Source of the DNA: Kiritimatiellia bacterium
Lineage (GTDB): Bacteria; Verrucomicrobiota; Kiritimatiellia; PWTM01
Assembly: GCA_026417735.1 (NCBI GenBank)
Contig: JAOACR010000009.1
Location: 139,641 to 203,640 of the forward strand
Length of the DNA: 64,000 nt
Direction: 5' to 3'
The notes below the pieces were generated by a model that worked only from the letters and a program-made list of their open reading frames with translations, did not search any database and had not been told where the DNA came from. Positions 1 to 9,516 of the stretch are shown here, one piece after another (position 1 is the stretch's first letter; the number at the start of each line of letters is the position of its first letter). The translations under genes and the position numbers were made by a program.

Positions 1-106
1 CGCGGGAAACCGTCGCGACGGTCACTCCAAGTTCGCGCGCAAGGTCCCGAAGCGTCACCCGTCTCTGCGCTCTCGTCCTCCCGCTCGCTGGCTTGTCCGT
101 TGGCAT
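1..106 (-). CDS. LacI/GalR-family transcriptional regulator, N-terminal HTH only (gene runs off the left edge)
   Basis: Minus-strand ATG at 104-106 opens MPTDKPASGRTRAQRRVTLRDLARELGVTVATVSR..., a textbook LacI-type helix-turn-helix. It has no stop in the window, so it is absent from the ORF track. Confidence 0.7.
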   Translation of the reverse strand, partial: MPTDKPASGRTRAQRRVTLRDLARELGVTVATVSR

Positions 107-122
107 GCGCAAACGTTTGTGC
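107..122. promoter_or_regulatory. LacI/PurR-type palindromic operator candidate
   Basis: GCGCAAAC|GTTTGTGC. The core CAAACGTTTG is a perfect palindrome and the 16-mer has one mismatch. It directly abuts the LacI-like start codon in the divergent intergenic region. Confidence 0.5.
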
Positions 123-580
123 GAACCATAGGCGATTCGGACCGTCAGGTCAACCCCGGCAGTGAAACGTGAGCGTTCGCCGCCGGTGCACTTGCGGCCG
201 CGCCGCAGCGTCCGCGAGCAGGGCCGGCCCAACCCACCTGACCGCGATGACCGATCCACATCAGCAAGACTGAGCACCTCCCGCGATCGCGCCGCACTCC
301 CGTGGCCCCAGTTGCGGACGCCCCCGCACATCGAGCGGCGTCAACGTCCAACCGTTGGAACGATCCGCGTCGCCGCGTTCCAAGCATTGGAGGCGCCCGC
401 CGCGCAGCCGCGCCGTCGCAACCTCCAGTGACCTCCCCACCACCGCGTCGCGGCCGTACAGTTCGGCGGATCTTTCAGCCGTCCACCCCACACCGCGTGC
501 CGGTCCCTTCAGCTAGGCACCCCACCCCTGCCCGAACGGATTTTCGAGTCGTCTGCTGCAAGCTATCATGTCAACATACG

Positions 581-3577
581 ATGTCGGAGATTTGGACCAG
601 ACCTGCCCGGCTCGTCGGCATTTGTGCGGCAGCGCTCAGTTCAGCCGCCGGCGTGATCCAGCCGCCAATCATCCCGTACGGCATGGGCGAAGGCGATTTC
701 GGCACCAACGGCGTCGGCCAGACCCGCGGCGTGGTGCCGAACCCGCTGGCCGGCGATTTCCGGTGGGGATGGCAAGACCCCTACCCGGGGGGCACCCCGG
801 CGGGCGGATGGTTCCCGGCACGGGGCCTGCCGGACGGGCGGGTGTTCCGCGATGAGTACAAGCGCTTCGTCTGGCGCGCGCTGGAGCGGGTCCCGGGTGT
901 CTACGATTTCAGTCTGATCGAGCAGCATCTTCAGCAGGCGGCAAACGCCGGACGGCGCTTCGCGTTCCGCGTGATGATCCTCAGCGAGTACGAGGGCGAC
1001 GTGGACAACGACGGACAGCCCGACGGTAAGCTCGGTGCGCCCAGCTACATCGAAAGCGCCGGCCTGGGACGGCGCATGCCCTCCACCAAGCCGGAGTGCG
1101 ACGGCATCTTTGTGCCCCACTGGAACGATCCCGCCTTCCTCGCCCACGTCGAAGCGCTCGTGCGGGCGCTCGGCACGCGGTTCGACGGTGACCCCCGCTT
1201 GGCGTATGTGGACATTGGCATCTACGGTCATTGGGGCGAGTGGCACATGAGCGGCCTCGGCTTCGCGACTCTTCCTGCCGCGCTCAATGCGACGCCGGAA
1301 ACGCGGGCCCGCCTTGTCGACATCTTCGCCGCGGCGTTTCCCACCACCCGCCTGCTCATGATCCCCGACACCGACGGCGATTTCCCCGATCGCAGCGGCA
1401 CCGGATTCGTCTACGCGATGGAGCGACACCCCCGCATCGGCGTGCGGAAAGACAACCTCGGCAACATCTGGTTCGAGCAGGAGGTCGGCGACTGGTTCGC
1501 GAACATTCGTGATGCGTTCCACGAACGCTGGACGACCGCGCCGCTCGTCACCGAGTTCTTCGGTGGCGAGGACGATGCCGCGCTCGCGCGCGCGGAGTCA
1601 CAGGTCATCCGCTACCACGTTTCGATGGTGGCCGCCAACCAATGGCTGGAGAGCACCCAACGCATCGAAATCGGAAAGGCCGCCGGTTTCCGATTCCAGC
1701 TGAACCGCGCGGAGTGGCCCGCGGTGGTGCCGGCCGGCCACCGTTTTCAAATCGTTTCGCGGTGGTCCAATGTCGGAGTCGCGCCGGCCTACGAGCGCTG
1801 GGCGCCGACCTGGGAACTCTACGACGCGAACAGCCAGCGGGTCTGGTCGGCGCGCTCGCGACTTGATCTTCGCCGTCTGCTGCCGACAACGATCGGCGCG
1901 GACGACGACGTCAACACCGAAGAGACGGAGGCGCAGGGCTCCAATGCGCCCGTCGTGGTCATTGACGAGCTCGCCGTTCCGTCAAACCTGCCGCCCGGCA
2001 CCTACACGCTCCGCCTGCACGTTCCGCTGATCGCCACGGACGGTCAGCCGCATCCCTACCTGCCGCCCCTGGCGCTTGCGACGCAGGGCCGCGATGCGCA
2101 AGGGCGCTATCCCCTCGGCTCGCTGACGGTCTCCGCACCTGCGGTGTCCGCGCCGACGGTGTCGCTCACGCCGCCCTCCGTTGCGCCGCGTGTTGGCGTC
2201 CAGAGCCAGCTGTCGGCCAGCACCGAGCCGGCCGCCGTCACCCGTGTCGAGTTGCTCGTCAACGGCGAGGTCGTCTCGACCGACACTCTTGCGCCCTATG
2301 TCTTCTCGTGGACGCCCGCGACCGCCGGCGGCGCGGTCCTGGTCGCCCGCGCGACGGACGCCAACGGCAGCGTCAGCGTCTCCCCGCCGCTCGCGCTGGA
2401 AGTCGGCCCTTCGCCGAACCGTCCGCCCACGGCCACGCTCTCCACCCTACCGCCCACGCCTCCCTCCGCGCCGGCCACACTCACCGTCGTCGCCAGCGAC
2501 CTCGCCGACCCCGACGGCGATGCGATTGTCCGCGTCGAGTTCTATCGCGGGCGGCAACGGCTGGGCCAGAGCACCGCCCCCCCACATCAACTCACCACGA
2601 CGCTCGGCGCCGGCACTCACACGCTGATCGCGAAGGTCTTCGACGAGCACGGCGCGGTCGGGTGGGCGTTTCGCACCGTGGAGGTGGTCAACCCACCGAA
2701 AGGGCCGTACGGCGGAACGGCTCGCCAGATTACCCAGCGCATCGAGCTGGAGGACTACGACCTGGGCGGCGAGGGCATCAGCTGGTGGGACTCAACACCA
2801 GCGAACGAGGGCGGCGCCTATCGCAACGACAGCGTGGACATTCAGCCGACAAACGACGAGGGAGGGGGATTCCACATCGCGTGGGTCAATGAGGGCGAAT
2901 GGCTGGAATTCACCGTGGACGTGCGCGAGAGCAACGAGTATCACCTCCGGCTGCGGCTGGCCTCACCCCCCAACGTGGCCAACCCAGTGGTCTCGGTTGC
3001 GGTGGACGGGCAGTCGGCGTGGCCCGCACAGGTGCTTCCGAAGACCGGCCGGTGGGACTGGGACTTTGAAAACTGGCAGACCTGGCAGAGTCCCCAGGCC
3101 GTCCGTCTGGCGAAGGGGCGTCATGTGCTGCGCATCACGTTTGGCGCAGGGATGGCGAACTACAACTGGATCAGCTTTATCGCCGCGCGGCCGCAAACCA
3201 GCGCGGAACGTTTCGCAGATTGGGCGTTCGACTTCGGCTTGCAGGACGAGCGCGCGCATCCCAGCGCGGATCCCGATCAGGACACTCTCCCCAACCTATT
3301 GGAGTACGCGTTCGGCACGCCGCCCAATCAAGCCGGTCCGTACCCGCCGCTGCGGTGTTCTGTCGCGGCCGACCGGTTGCGGCTTTCATTCACCCCCCAC
3401 GAAATCGAAGGATTGAAGTACTGGGTGGAAGCCTCTCACGACCTCCGCACGTGGCTGCCCGGCGTGGACATCTCCGCGCTGTTGGTCCGGGGCCAGCCCC
3501 ACACGTACGTAGACACCGCCGACCTGCGTGCTGTACCCCGCCGGTTCTTGCGTCTGCGGGTGGACATGTTGCCCTGA
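581..3577 (+). CDS. secreted multidomain glycoside-hydrolase-like protein (TIM-barrel GH-like N-half, Ig-like repeats, CBM6/35-like module, C-terminal DxDxD/NLLEYA module)
   Basis: Lies in ORF 302..3577. The ATG at 581 precedes a signal-like MSEIWTRPARLVGICAAALSSAAG. Two Ig-like repeats (VELLVNGEVVSTDTLAPYVFSWTP / VEFYRGRQRLGQSTAPPHQL). CBM-like block IELEDYDLGGEGISWWD...EWLEFTVDV...ANYNWISF. The upstream 93 codons are Arg/Pro-rich noise. Confidence 0.85.
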   Translation: MSEIWTRPARLVGICAAALSSAAGVIQPPIIPYGMGEGDFGTNGVGQTRGVVPNPLAGDFRWGWQDPYPGGTPAGGWFPARGLPDGRVFRDEYKRFVWRALERVPGVYDFSLIEQHLQQAANAGRRFAFRVMILSEYEGDVDNDGQPDGKLGAPSYIESAGLGRRMPSTKPECDGIFVPHWNDPAFLAHVEALVRALGTRFDGDPRLAYVDIGIYGHWGEWHMSGLGFATLPAALNATPETRARLVDIFAAAFPTTRLLMIPDTDGDFPDRSGTGFVYAMERHPRIGVRKDNLGNIWFEQEVGDWFANIRDAFHERWTTAPLVTEFFGGEDDAALARAESQVIRYHVSMVAANQWLESTQRIEIGKAAGFRFQLNRAEWPAVVPAGHRFQIVSRWSNVGVAPAYERWAPTWELYDANSQRVWSARSRLDLRRLLPTTIGADDDVNTEETEAQGSNAPVVVIDELAVPSNLPPGTYTLRLHVPLIATDGQPHPYLPPLALATQGRDAQGRYPLGSLTVSAPAVSAPTVSLTPPSVAPRVGVQSQLSASTEPAAVTRVELLVNGEVVSTDTLAPYVFSWTPATAGGAVLVARATDANGSVSVSPPLALEVGPSPNRPPTATLSTLPPTPPSAPATLTVVASDLADPDGDAIVRVEFYRGRQRLGQSTAPPHQLTTTLGAGTHTLIAKVFDEHGAVGWAFRTVEVVNPPKGPYGGTARQITQRIELEDYDLGGEGISWWDSTPANEGGAYRNDSVDIQPTNDEGGGFHIAWVNEGEWLEFTVDVRESNEYHLRLRLASPPNVANPVVSVAVDGQSAWPAQVLPKTGRWDWDFENWQTWQSPQAVRLAKGRHVLRITFGAGMANYNWISFIAARPQTSAERFADWAFDFGLQDERAHPSADPDQDTLPNLLEYAFGTPPNQAGPYPPLRCSVAADRLRLSFTPHEIEGLKYWVEASHDLRTWLPGVDISALLVRGQPHTYVDTADLRAVPRRFLRLRVDMLP

Positions 3578-3837
3578 AGGTCATCCGACTGCCGCCGCTG
3601 CGCCGTGTCCGCGGCTCCCGGTCTCCTCCTGCCCCGCGATGCGCAAGAAGCGGCCGCAAGACAGGCCGGCCGGGGACGGAGCATATCCGCGTGCGCGTCG
3701 TCCTCTTTCAACGACACTCCGTGGGCGGCCATGGCGGGATTCCGAAAGTGCCGGGCAGCTCGGATGGGCTCATCCGCCCCGGCGGCAGCCGGAGCGTCGG
3801 GCTTTTCATTCCGCAGCGCCCAGGTCATTATGGTTTC

Positions 3838-4704
3838 ATGAAAACTCCGGTTCGCCAAAGTCTGCTGCTGGCCGCCACACTCATCCTCGCCGCCCACGCC
3901 CAAGAGCGTTCGGTGGGCACTGGCCCATCGTTCAAGGGACCGATCGGCCTGCAGTTGTACAGTCTGCGGGACAGCTTCAAGCAGGACGTCGGCGCGACGT
4001 TGGATTTCGTGCGCGAACTCGGCTTCAAGTACGTCGAGCTCGCCGGCACGTACGGTCTTTCCGCGGAAGCGTTCCGGCAGATGCTCGACACGCGCGGGCT
4101 GGTCGCGGTCGCTGCGCATTACCCGATGGAGCGCTTTCTGAAAGACCCCGACAGTATTGCGCGCGAGGCGAAAGCGCTCGGGCTCACCTACGTGGGCGTC
4201 GCGTGGTACCCGCACAAGGCACCTCTCGATGAAGCGCAGGCGCGCAAAATGGCGGCCGACTTCAACGCCGCCGGCCGGGCGATGGCGGAACGCGGGCTCC
4301 GCTTCTTCTACCACAACCACGGCTACGAGTTTCATCCTTGGGGCAATCGCACTCTGATGGACCTCGTGATCGAGGAGACCGACCCGAAGCTCGTCACGTT
4401 TGAGATGGACGTGCTGTGGACCATCTTCCCGGGCCAGGATCCCGCCGCGTGGCTGCGACGCTACCCGGGGCGCTGGGAGCTGATGCACCTGAAGGATCTC
4501 AAAAAAGGCGTGCAAGGCGATCTCTCCGGAAAGACCGACGTGCGCAACGACGTCGCGCTCGGCACCGGACAGGTGGATTTCCCCGCGCTGCTGAAGGCCG
4601 CCGCCGAAACCGGTGTGAAGTGGTACTTCATCGAAGACGAGTCGCCGACGGTCCGCGAGCAGTTGCCGCAAAGCCTGCGATTCCTCGAAAACGTGAAGTG
4701 GTAG
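3838..4704 (+). CDS. xylose isomerase-like TIM-barrel protein (sugar phosphate isomerase/epimerase family) with signal peptide
   Basis: Lies in ORF 3220..4704. The ATG at 3838 gives MKTPVRQSLLLAATLILAAHAQE. The body (GFKYVELAG..., FYHNHGYEF, WYFIEDES) is typical of AP endonuclease 2/xylose-isomerase-like TIM barrels. Confidence 0.8.
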   Translation: MKTPVRQSLLLAATLILAAHAQERSVGTGPSFKGPIGLQLYSLRDSFKQDVGATLDFVRELGFKYVELAGTYGLSAEAFRQMLDTRGLVAVAAHYPMERFLKDPDSIAREAKALGLTYVGVAWYPHKAPLDEAQARKMAADFNAAGRAMAERGLRFFYHNHGYEFHPWGNRTLMDLVIEETDPKLVTFEMDVLWTIFPGQDPAAWLRRYPGRWELMHLKDLKKGVQGDLSGKTDVRNDVALGTGQVDFPALLKAAAETGVKWYFIEDESPTVREQLPQSLRFLENVKW

Positions 4705-4756
4705 GCGCGGTCTCCGGCCATCGCGGCTCGGCCGCGCGAGGCACGATCGGCGCGGC

Positions 4757-4833
4757 GGGCGGTTAGCTCAGTCGGCCAGAGCGTCTGGTTTACACCCAGA
4801 AGGCCGCAGGTTCGAGCCCTGCACCGCCCACCA
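4757..4833 (+). tRNA. tRNA-Val (anticodon TAC), CCA encoded
   Basis: Cloverleaf folded by hand: acceptor GGGCGGT/ACCGCCC, D stem GCTC/GAGC, anticodon stem TCTGG/CCAGA with loop TTTACAC, T arm GCAGG-TTCGAGC-CCTGC, then A-CCA. Confidence 0.95.
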
Positions 4834-4958
4834 GGGTGGAACGGCGCAACGGTCTCCGCGACGGCGGGCAGCAGGGTGGAAGGACGCCCCGTAGGCCGCG
4901 ACAGCGATCCCGACACCAATCGCGCGGGAGCACCGCCCTCTCCGCCCACGCGATCGCA

Positions 4959-6761
4959 TCAGCGGGTTCGGCGCACCCGGTAGACGCGATTTGACTCCGC
5001 AGCGGCTATGGTGGCCGAACCCACTGTGCCGGTGGGGACCGACAGCCCGACGGTCTCAAACACGCCCGCGGAGAGGCTGTCCGCCACCTGCACCTCGTAC
5101 ATCAGAAACGGCGCGGAGGTCCACTGCAGGCGGTCGGCACCGACTGCGGTGATGACCAGGCGCGAGAGCGCGTTCGTCGGATCGGTGCCGGCAAGAAACT
5201 CTTCGAGGTTGCTGAAGCCGTCCCCATCGCGGTCGTCCTGCGCGCGGGATTTGTCGCTGGCTCTCGGATCGGCGTGACCGAAAAATGCGATCATCCACGC
5301 GTTCGGCAGGCCGTCCGAAGTCCCCATCGCGTCACGGGCAAAGGAAATCACTCGCACCGACACCGGCGCGGAGGCGTTTTGCCCGTCATGCAGTCGCACC
5401 ACCGCCCGGTCGTAGTACGTGGCCCCGGCAGGATTGAGACGCGCGGCGTCGTACCAGCCGCCGGGCATGTAGCGCAGGATCCGACCGCTCAACGTGAATG
5501 TGCCGTTGATCGAGGTCGCCGCCACCAGCGCTGCACCCGGCACGTCTCCCTCGCGGTCAAGGCCGACCAGCTCCACCTCGTTGACGCCCGGCACCACCGG
5601 CGGCGACGGGAAGCCCGTGACGACGTCGAGAATCCGATCGAGCGTCCACGGCGGCGTGTCGTCGGGCGGATAGGCTTGGCGAATGTGCGCGACGTCGGTC
5701 GTGTAGAGCGACGCGCCGCGTCTGTCCGCGTGCGCACGATAGTACATCAGCGCTTCGCGAAGAGGCACCTCCGTCTCGTGGGGATTTTCGCTGGTGTGGC
5801 GCAGACCGAGCGCGTGGCCGATCTCGTGCGCGAGCACTTCTTCGAACGTGGCCGGGTCGCTCAGCGCCGCGTTGGTGTGCTGAAGCACAACGTAGCCGCG
5901 CACGATGAGGTCGAACTCCGCCCCCCGCACGCGACCGCCGAGGCCGCCGGTGGGAAACAACGTCGTGTCATAGCGGTAAGCGTAGCCGCCGATGCCGAGC
6001 GTCGTTCCGCCACCGATCCGGTTGTAGAGGTCATGCACCTGAATGCGAATGCGGCCATCGTCAACCACAATCTGGTCCGCCCCAACGCCGAACGAGACGA
6101 CACCCTCGTTGGTGAACAGCAGCGACGTGGCGCCCGCCCACGCATCGAGCGCACGGTGGACTGCCTCGATCACCTGGTTGCTGGTCAACGCGGCGGGGCG
6201 TGCATCCATGTCCACGAGCACGCCGATCGGCTGGCCACGGTCGCCCGCCGTGAAGCGGCCCGGAGCGCCGGTGACCGGGTTGGTCGTCATGCCGTTCAGC
6301 GCGGCGAGCGCATCGGCCTCCCACGCGGACCAGTCGGCGGGCACGGCCAGCGGAGGAACCCGGAAGCCGAATCCCGCGCGGGTTGCACCGTCGACGCGCT
6401 GCGCGCTCAGGAGCCTCGCACGGCGGCCCGTACCGCGCCGGGCCGCAAAGACCCACTCGGCACCGGCTTTCGGCTGCGGCATGCAACCAATCCACTCACC
6501 TTGCCCGTCCAGCCGCCCGCCCGCGGTTTCAACAAGGATCCATCGGCCAAGACGTCCGTGCAGTGCCTGCTCCACGCGAACGGCCATGAGCGTCCGGATC
6601 CGGCCCTCCGTATCCCGTTCACACCGCCATCCCACGACACGGCCCCGCCACACCGCCTCCGCAGCGCCCGCCAGAGCTTCTCCGGCCCTCGTACTGTGAG
6701 GGCACAAGCCAGCCACTACTGCCCCAGCGGTCAGCACGGCAGCGAGGGTGAAACGGCTCAT
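4959..6761 (-). CDS. secreted metzincin-type zinc metalloprotease with C-terminal DxDxDG/NLEEF module
   Basis: HEIGHALGLRH (HExxHxxGxxH) zinc motif. N-terminal signal MSRFTLAAVLTAGAVVAG. The ATG at 6761 is preferred; a GTG at 6767 is also possible. The C-terminus carries DDRDGDGFSNLEEFLAGTDPTNALS. Confidence 0.85.
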   Translation of the reverse strand: MSRFTLAAVLTAGAVVAGLCPHSTRAGEALAGAAEAVWRGRVVGWRCERDTEGRIRTLMAVRVEQALHGRLGRWILVETAGGRLDGQGEWIGCMPQPKAGAEWVFAARRGTGRRARLLSAQRVDGATRAGFGFRVPPLAVPADWSAWEADALAALNGMTTNPVTGAPGRFTAGDRGQPIGVLVDMDARPAALTSNQVIEAVHRALDAWAGATSLLFTNEGVVSFGVGADQIVVDDGRIRIQVHDLYNRIGGGTTLGIGGYAYRYDTTLFPTGGLGGRVRGAEFDLIVRGYVVLQHTNAALSDPATFEEVLAHEIGHALGLRHTSENPHETEVPLREALMYYRAHADRRGASLYTTDVAHIRQAYPPDDTPPWTLDRILDVVTGFPSPPVVPGVNEVELVGLDREGDVPGAALVAATSINGTFTLSGRILRYMPGGWYDAARLNPAGATYYDRAVVRLHDGQNASAPVSVRVISFARDAMGTSDGLPNAWMIAFFGHADPRASDKSRAQDDRDGDGFSNLEEFLAGTDPTNALSRLVITAVGADRLQWTSAPFLMYEVQVADSLSAGVFETVGLSVPTGTVGSATIAAAESNRVYRVRRTR

Positions 6762-7019
6762 GGCCACCGCTTCAGATTCGCCGGACCGCGGGGATTGTCA
6801 AGAGAAGGAGCGATTCGTGCGCCGAACCGCAGCCCCTCTCATCCTTCGGCGTGGTGCCCGGCATCGCCCCCTTTCGCCCCTTTCGCGTAAGGTCGTCCTC
6901 GAGTCAGCCAGAGTGGCTGCCTTCATCCTCCCTGCCAGAGTCCGGGGTCAGACACACCCCGCGAAGAGCTCGACCACTGCAGAGCACAGGCACTCGCCCA
7001 GACACATATGTCCGAAATG

Positions 7020-7048
7020 TTGACAAATACTTGCGCGCTTTGGACAAT
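7020..7048 (+). promoter_or_regulatory. sigma70-like promoter candidate for the ROK-like/salvage operon
   Basis: TTGACA (7020-7025), 17-nt spacer, GACAAT (7043-7048). It sits in a locally AT-richer patch about 20 nt upstream of the 7069 ATG. Confidence 0.45.
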
Positions 7049-7068
7049 CGCGCCATCGAACGCGGGAG

Positions 7069-8502
7069 ATGGAGCAGATGAAACGGCTGGACGTCGAGCT
7101 GCCGAAGATCCGGGCGGAGATTGAGTCGGACCTGAGACCGGCGGTGTTGTGGCACCGCGCGTACGAGCAGGCCGCCATTGCGGAGCGTGGTCCCGAGATT
7201 GAGATCGCGATCGAACGGCCGGACGGCACCTGTTTTCACCATCGCATGCGAATTCTTCCGCACCGCGAGGACACCGCCGCGCTGAACGAGAAGGCGGTGG
7301 AGCGAACGCTGAAGTTTCTGCTCTGGATGAAGGGCGGCTCCCGAATCTACTTGGCCGGTTGCAATCCGCTTGCCGGCCGGCTGGCAGCCATCTACTCCGC
7401 CAGCGGTGCGCGTGCGTTCGACAACGACCTGATCGGACGCCGCGCATTTCTGGAGGACCTGCGCGTCATTGCGGCGGCGCCGGCAGACCTGCCCCCACCC
7501 CGAGAGCCCGTGGTCGCGCTCGGACGGCACTTCGACGGCTGCCGGATCGGCTTTGACCTGGGCGGCAGCGACCGCAAGTGCGCGGCGGTGGTGGACGGGC
7601 ACGCGGTGCACACCGAAGAGGTGCCGTGGGATCCCTACTTTCAGAAGGATCCGAACTACCATCTGGAGGGCGTCCGGGATTCGCTGCGGCGGGCGGCGGC
7701 GCATCTGCCCCGGGTGGATGCGATCGGCGGCAGCGCGGCTGGCATCTACATCGGAAACGAGCCGCGAGTCGCGTCGCTGTTCCGCGGCGTCTCTCGCGAG
7801 GACTTCGACCGGGTGATCCGGCCGATGTTCCACACGTTGCGGCGCGAGTGGAACCACGTGCCGTTCGAGGTCGCGAACGATGGCGAAGTCACCGCGCTGG
7901 CCGGCTCGATTGCGCTGAACGACACCGCGGTGCTCGGCATCTCGCTGGGCACGAGCGTGGCGGCCGGCTGGTGCGATGAGGGCGGCCACATCACAACGTG
8001 GCTGAACGAGCTTGCGTTCGTACCGATTGACTACCGCGACGACGCGCCGGCGGATGAATGGAGCGGGGACGTCGGCTGCAGCGTGCAATACCTCTCGCAG
8101 CAGGGTGTCGCGCGGCTTGCCGCGCGCGCCGGCATCCAGTGGCCGCAACCCGATCTGAGCGCGGCGCAGAAGCTGGCGTTCGTTCAGGAGCGACTGGCCG
8201 CCGGTGATGGCCGAGCCGCGCGCGTCTTCGAGGCGGTCGGCGTCGCGTTCGGCTACGCACTGGCTCGATTCGCGGACTTCTACCCGGTGCGCAACGTGCT
8301 GGTGCTGGGCCGCGTCACGAGCGGTGCGGCCGGCTCGATCATCCTGGAGCAGGCGCAGCGCGTCCTCTCGGCGGAAGCACCGGCGCTCGCGGAGCGGCTC
8401 CGGCTCACCACGCCGGACGAGACGATGAAGCGGCACGGTCAGGCCGTCGTCGCGGCCAGCCTGCCGGCGCTGCGGCCCACCCACGCGCCCCCCCGCCGTT
8501 GA
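7069..8502 (+). CDS. ROK/ASKHA-fold sugar kinase-like protein with ~150-aa N-terminal extension
   Basis: GFDLGGSDRKCAAVVDG phosphate-1 motif, ANDGEVTALAG and GISLGTSVAAG motifs typical of ROK/glucokinase-like ATPases. The first ~150 aa are of unknown type. Confidence 0.7.
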   Translation: MEQMKRLDVELPKIRAEIESDLRPAVLWHRAYEQAAIAERGPEIEIAIERPDGTCFHHRMRILPHREDTAALNEKAVERTLKFLLWMKGGSRIYLAGCNPLAGRLAAIYSASGARAFDNDLIGRRAFLEDLRVIAAAPADLPPPREPVVALGRHFDGCRIGFDLGGSDRKCAAVVDGHAVHTEEVPWDPYFQKDPNYHLEGVRDSLRRAAAHLPRVDAIGGSAAGIYIGNEPRVASLFRGVSREDFDRVIRPMFHTLRREWNHVPFEVANDGEVTALAGSIALNDTAVLGISLGTSVAAGWCDEGGHITTWLNELAFVPIDYRDDAPADEWSGDVGCSVQYLSQQGVARLAARAGIQWPQPDLSAAQKLAFVQERLAAGDGRAARVFEAVGVAFGYALARFADFYPVRNVLVLGRVTSGAAGSIILEQAQRVLSAEAPALAERLRLTTPDETMKRHGQAVVAASLPALRPTHAPPRR

Positions 8503-8580
8503 ACCACGGCGGCCCAGGCGGCTTTTCCTCTGGGGGGATGTTTGCGTAGCTTACGCGCGGGACAACGCAGCGAGGAGTCT

Positions 8581-9510
8581 ATGAACAACAGCCCACACAT
8601 GTCGCTGGTGGTGCTCGCGGCGGGCGTCGGCAGCCGATACGGCGGGCTAAAGCAGCTGGACCCGGTAGGCCCCCACGGCGAGGTGATTTTGGACTATTCG
8701 GTGTTCGATGCGATTCGCGCCGGGTTCGACCGCGTCGTGTTCGTGATCCAGCACGCCTTCGAGGCCGCGTTTCGCGAGCGCGTTCTCTGCCGGTACGCGG
8801 GCCGCGTGCGGGCCGAGCTGGCGTTTCAGGAGCTGAACATGCTGCCGCCGGGGCTGACAATGCCACCCGACCGCCGCAAGCCGTGGGGGACCGCTCACGC
8901 GACACTCTGCGCGGAGACGGCGGTGGGCGGCGCGCCGTTCGCGGTGATCAATGCGGACGACTTCTACGGCCGGGGCGCATACCGGAAGCTCGCCGACTTC
9001 CTGCGCCTTGCGCCCCCGACCGACGGGTTGGAACGCTGTGCGCTGGTCGGTTACCGACTCCGCAACACGCTCTCTGAGCACGGCACCGTCGCCCGCGGCG
9101 TCTGCAGGGTCGCGCCCGATCTGAAGCTGATCGAGGCCGAAGAGCTGACCGCGATCGCGCCGCATCCCGACGGCGGGGCGCTGAACACCTTCCCTGACGG
9201 CTCCACGCGGCGGCTCACCGGCGACGAGTTCGTCTCGATGAACATGTGGGGCTTCCGCCCCTCGATTTTTGCGCACCTGCGCGCGGGCTTTGAGCGCTTC
9301 GTGCGGGAGCGCGGCGCGGATCCCAAAGCGGAATGGTACATTCCCACCGCGGTGACCGAGCTGATCCGCGCCGGCCTGGCGGAGTGCACCGTGCTGCCGA
9401 CCGATGAAACATGGTTCGGCGTCACCTACCGGGAGGACAAGCCGCGCGTCGAGGAAAACATCCGGCGGCGAATCGCCGCCGGAGAATATCCCTCGCCGCT
9501 GTGGGGCTGA
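8581..9510 (+). CDS. sugar-phosphate nucleotidyltransferase family protein
   Basis: The ATG at 8581 is preceded by AGGAG. N-terminal LVVLAAGVGSRYGGLKQL matches the GxGxR nucleotidyltransferase signature. KPWGTAHA and NADDFYG motifs. Confidence 0.8.
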   Translation: MNNSPHMSLVVLAAGVGSRYGGLKQLDPVGPHGEVILDYSVFDAIRAGFDRVVFVIQHAFEAAFRERVLCRYAGRVRAELAFQELNMLPPGLTMPPDRRKPWGTAHATLCAETAVGGAPFAVINADDFYGRGAYRKLADFLRLAPPTDGLERCALVGYRLRNTLSEHGTVARGVCRVAPDLKLIEAEELTAIAPHPDGGALNTFPDGSTRRLTGDEFVSMNMWGFRPSIFAHLRAGFERFVRERGADPKAEWYIPTAVTELIRAGLAECTVLPTDETWFGVTYREDKPRVEENIRRRIAAGEYPSPLWG

Positions 9511-9516
9511 ACTCGA

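Noticed and set aside
302-580. N-terminal 93 codons of track ORF 302..3577. Analogous 5' extensions occur at 3220..3837, 13722..13916, 17089..17850, 27074..27172, 53263..53508, 44764..45270, 60332..63019 upstream of 62200, and 42907..46116 upstream of 45126.
   Set aside because: The extensions are Arg/Pro-rich, lack SD sequences or signal peptides, and often overlap the previous gene. Internal ATG or GTG codons give proper signal peptides or canonical family N-termini.
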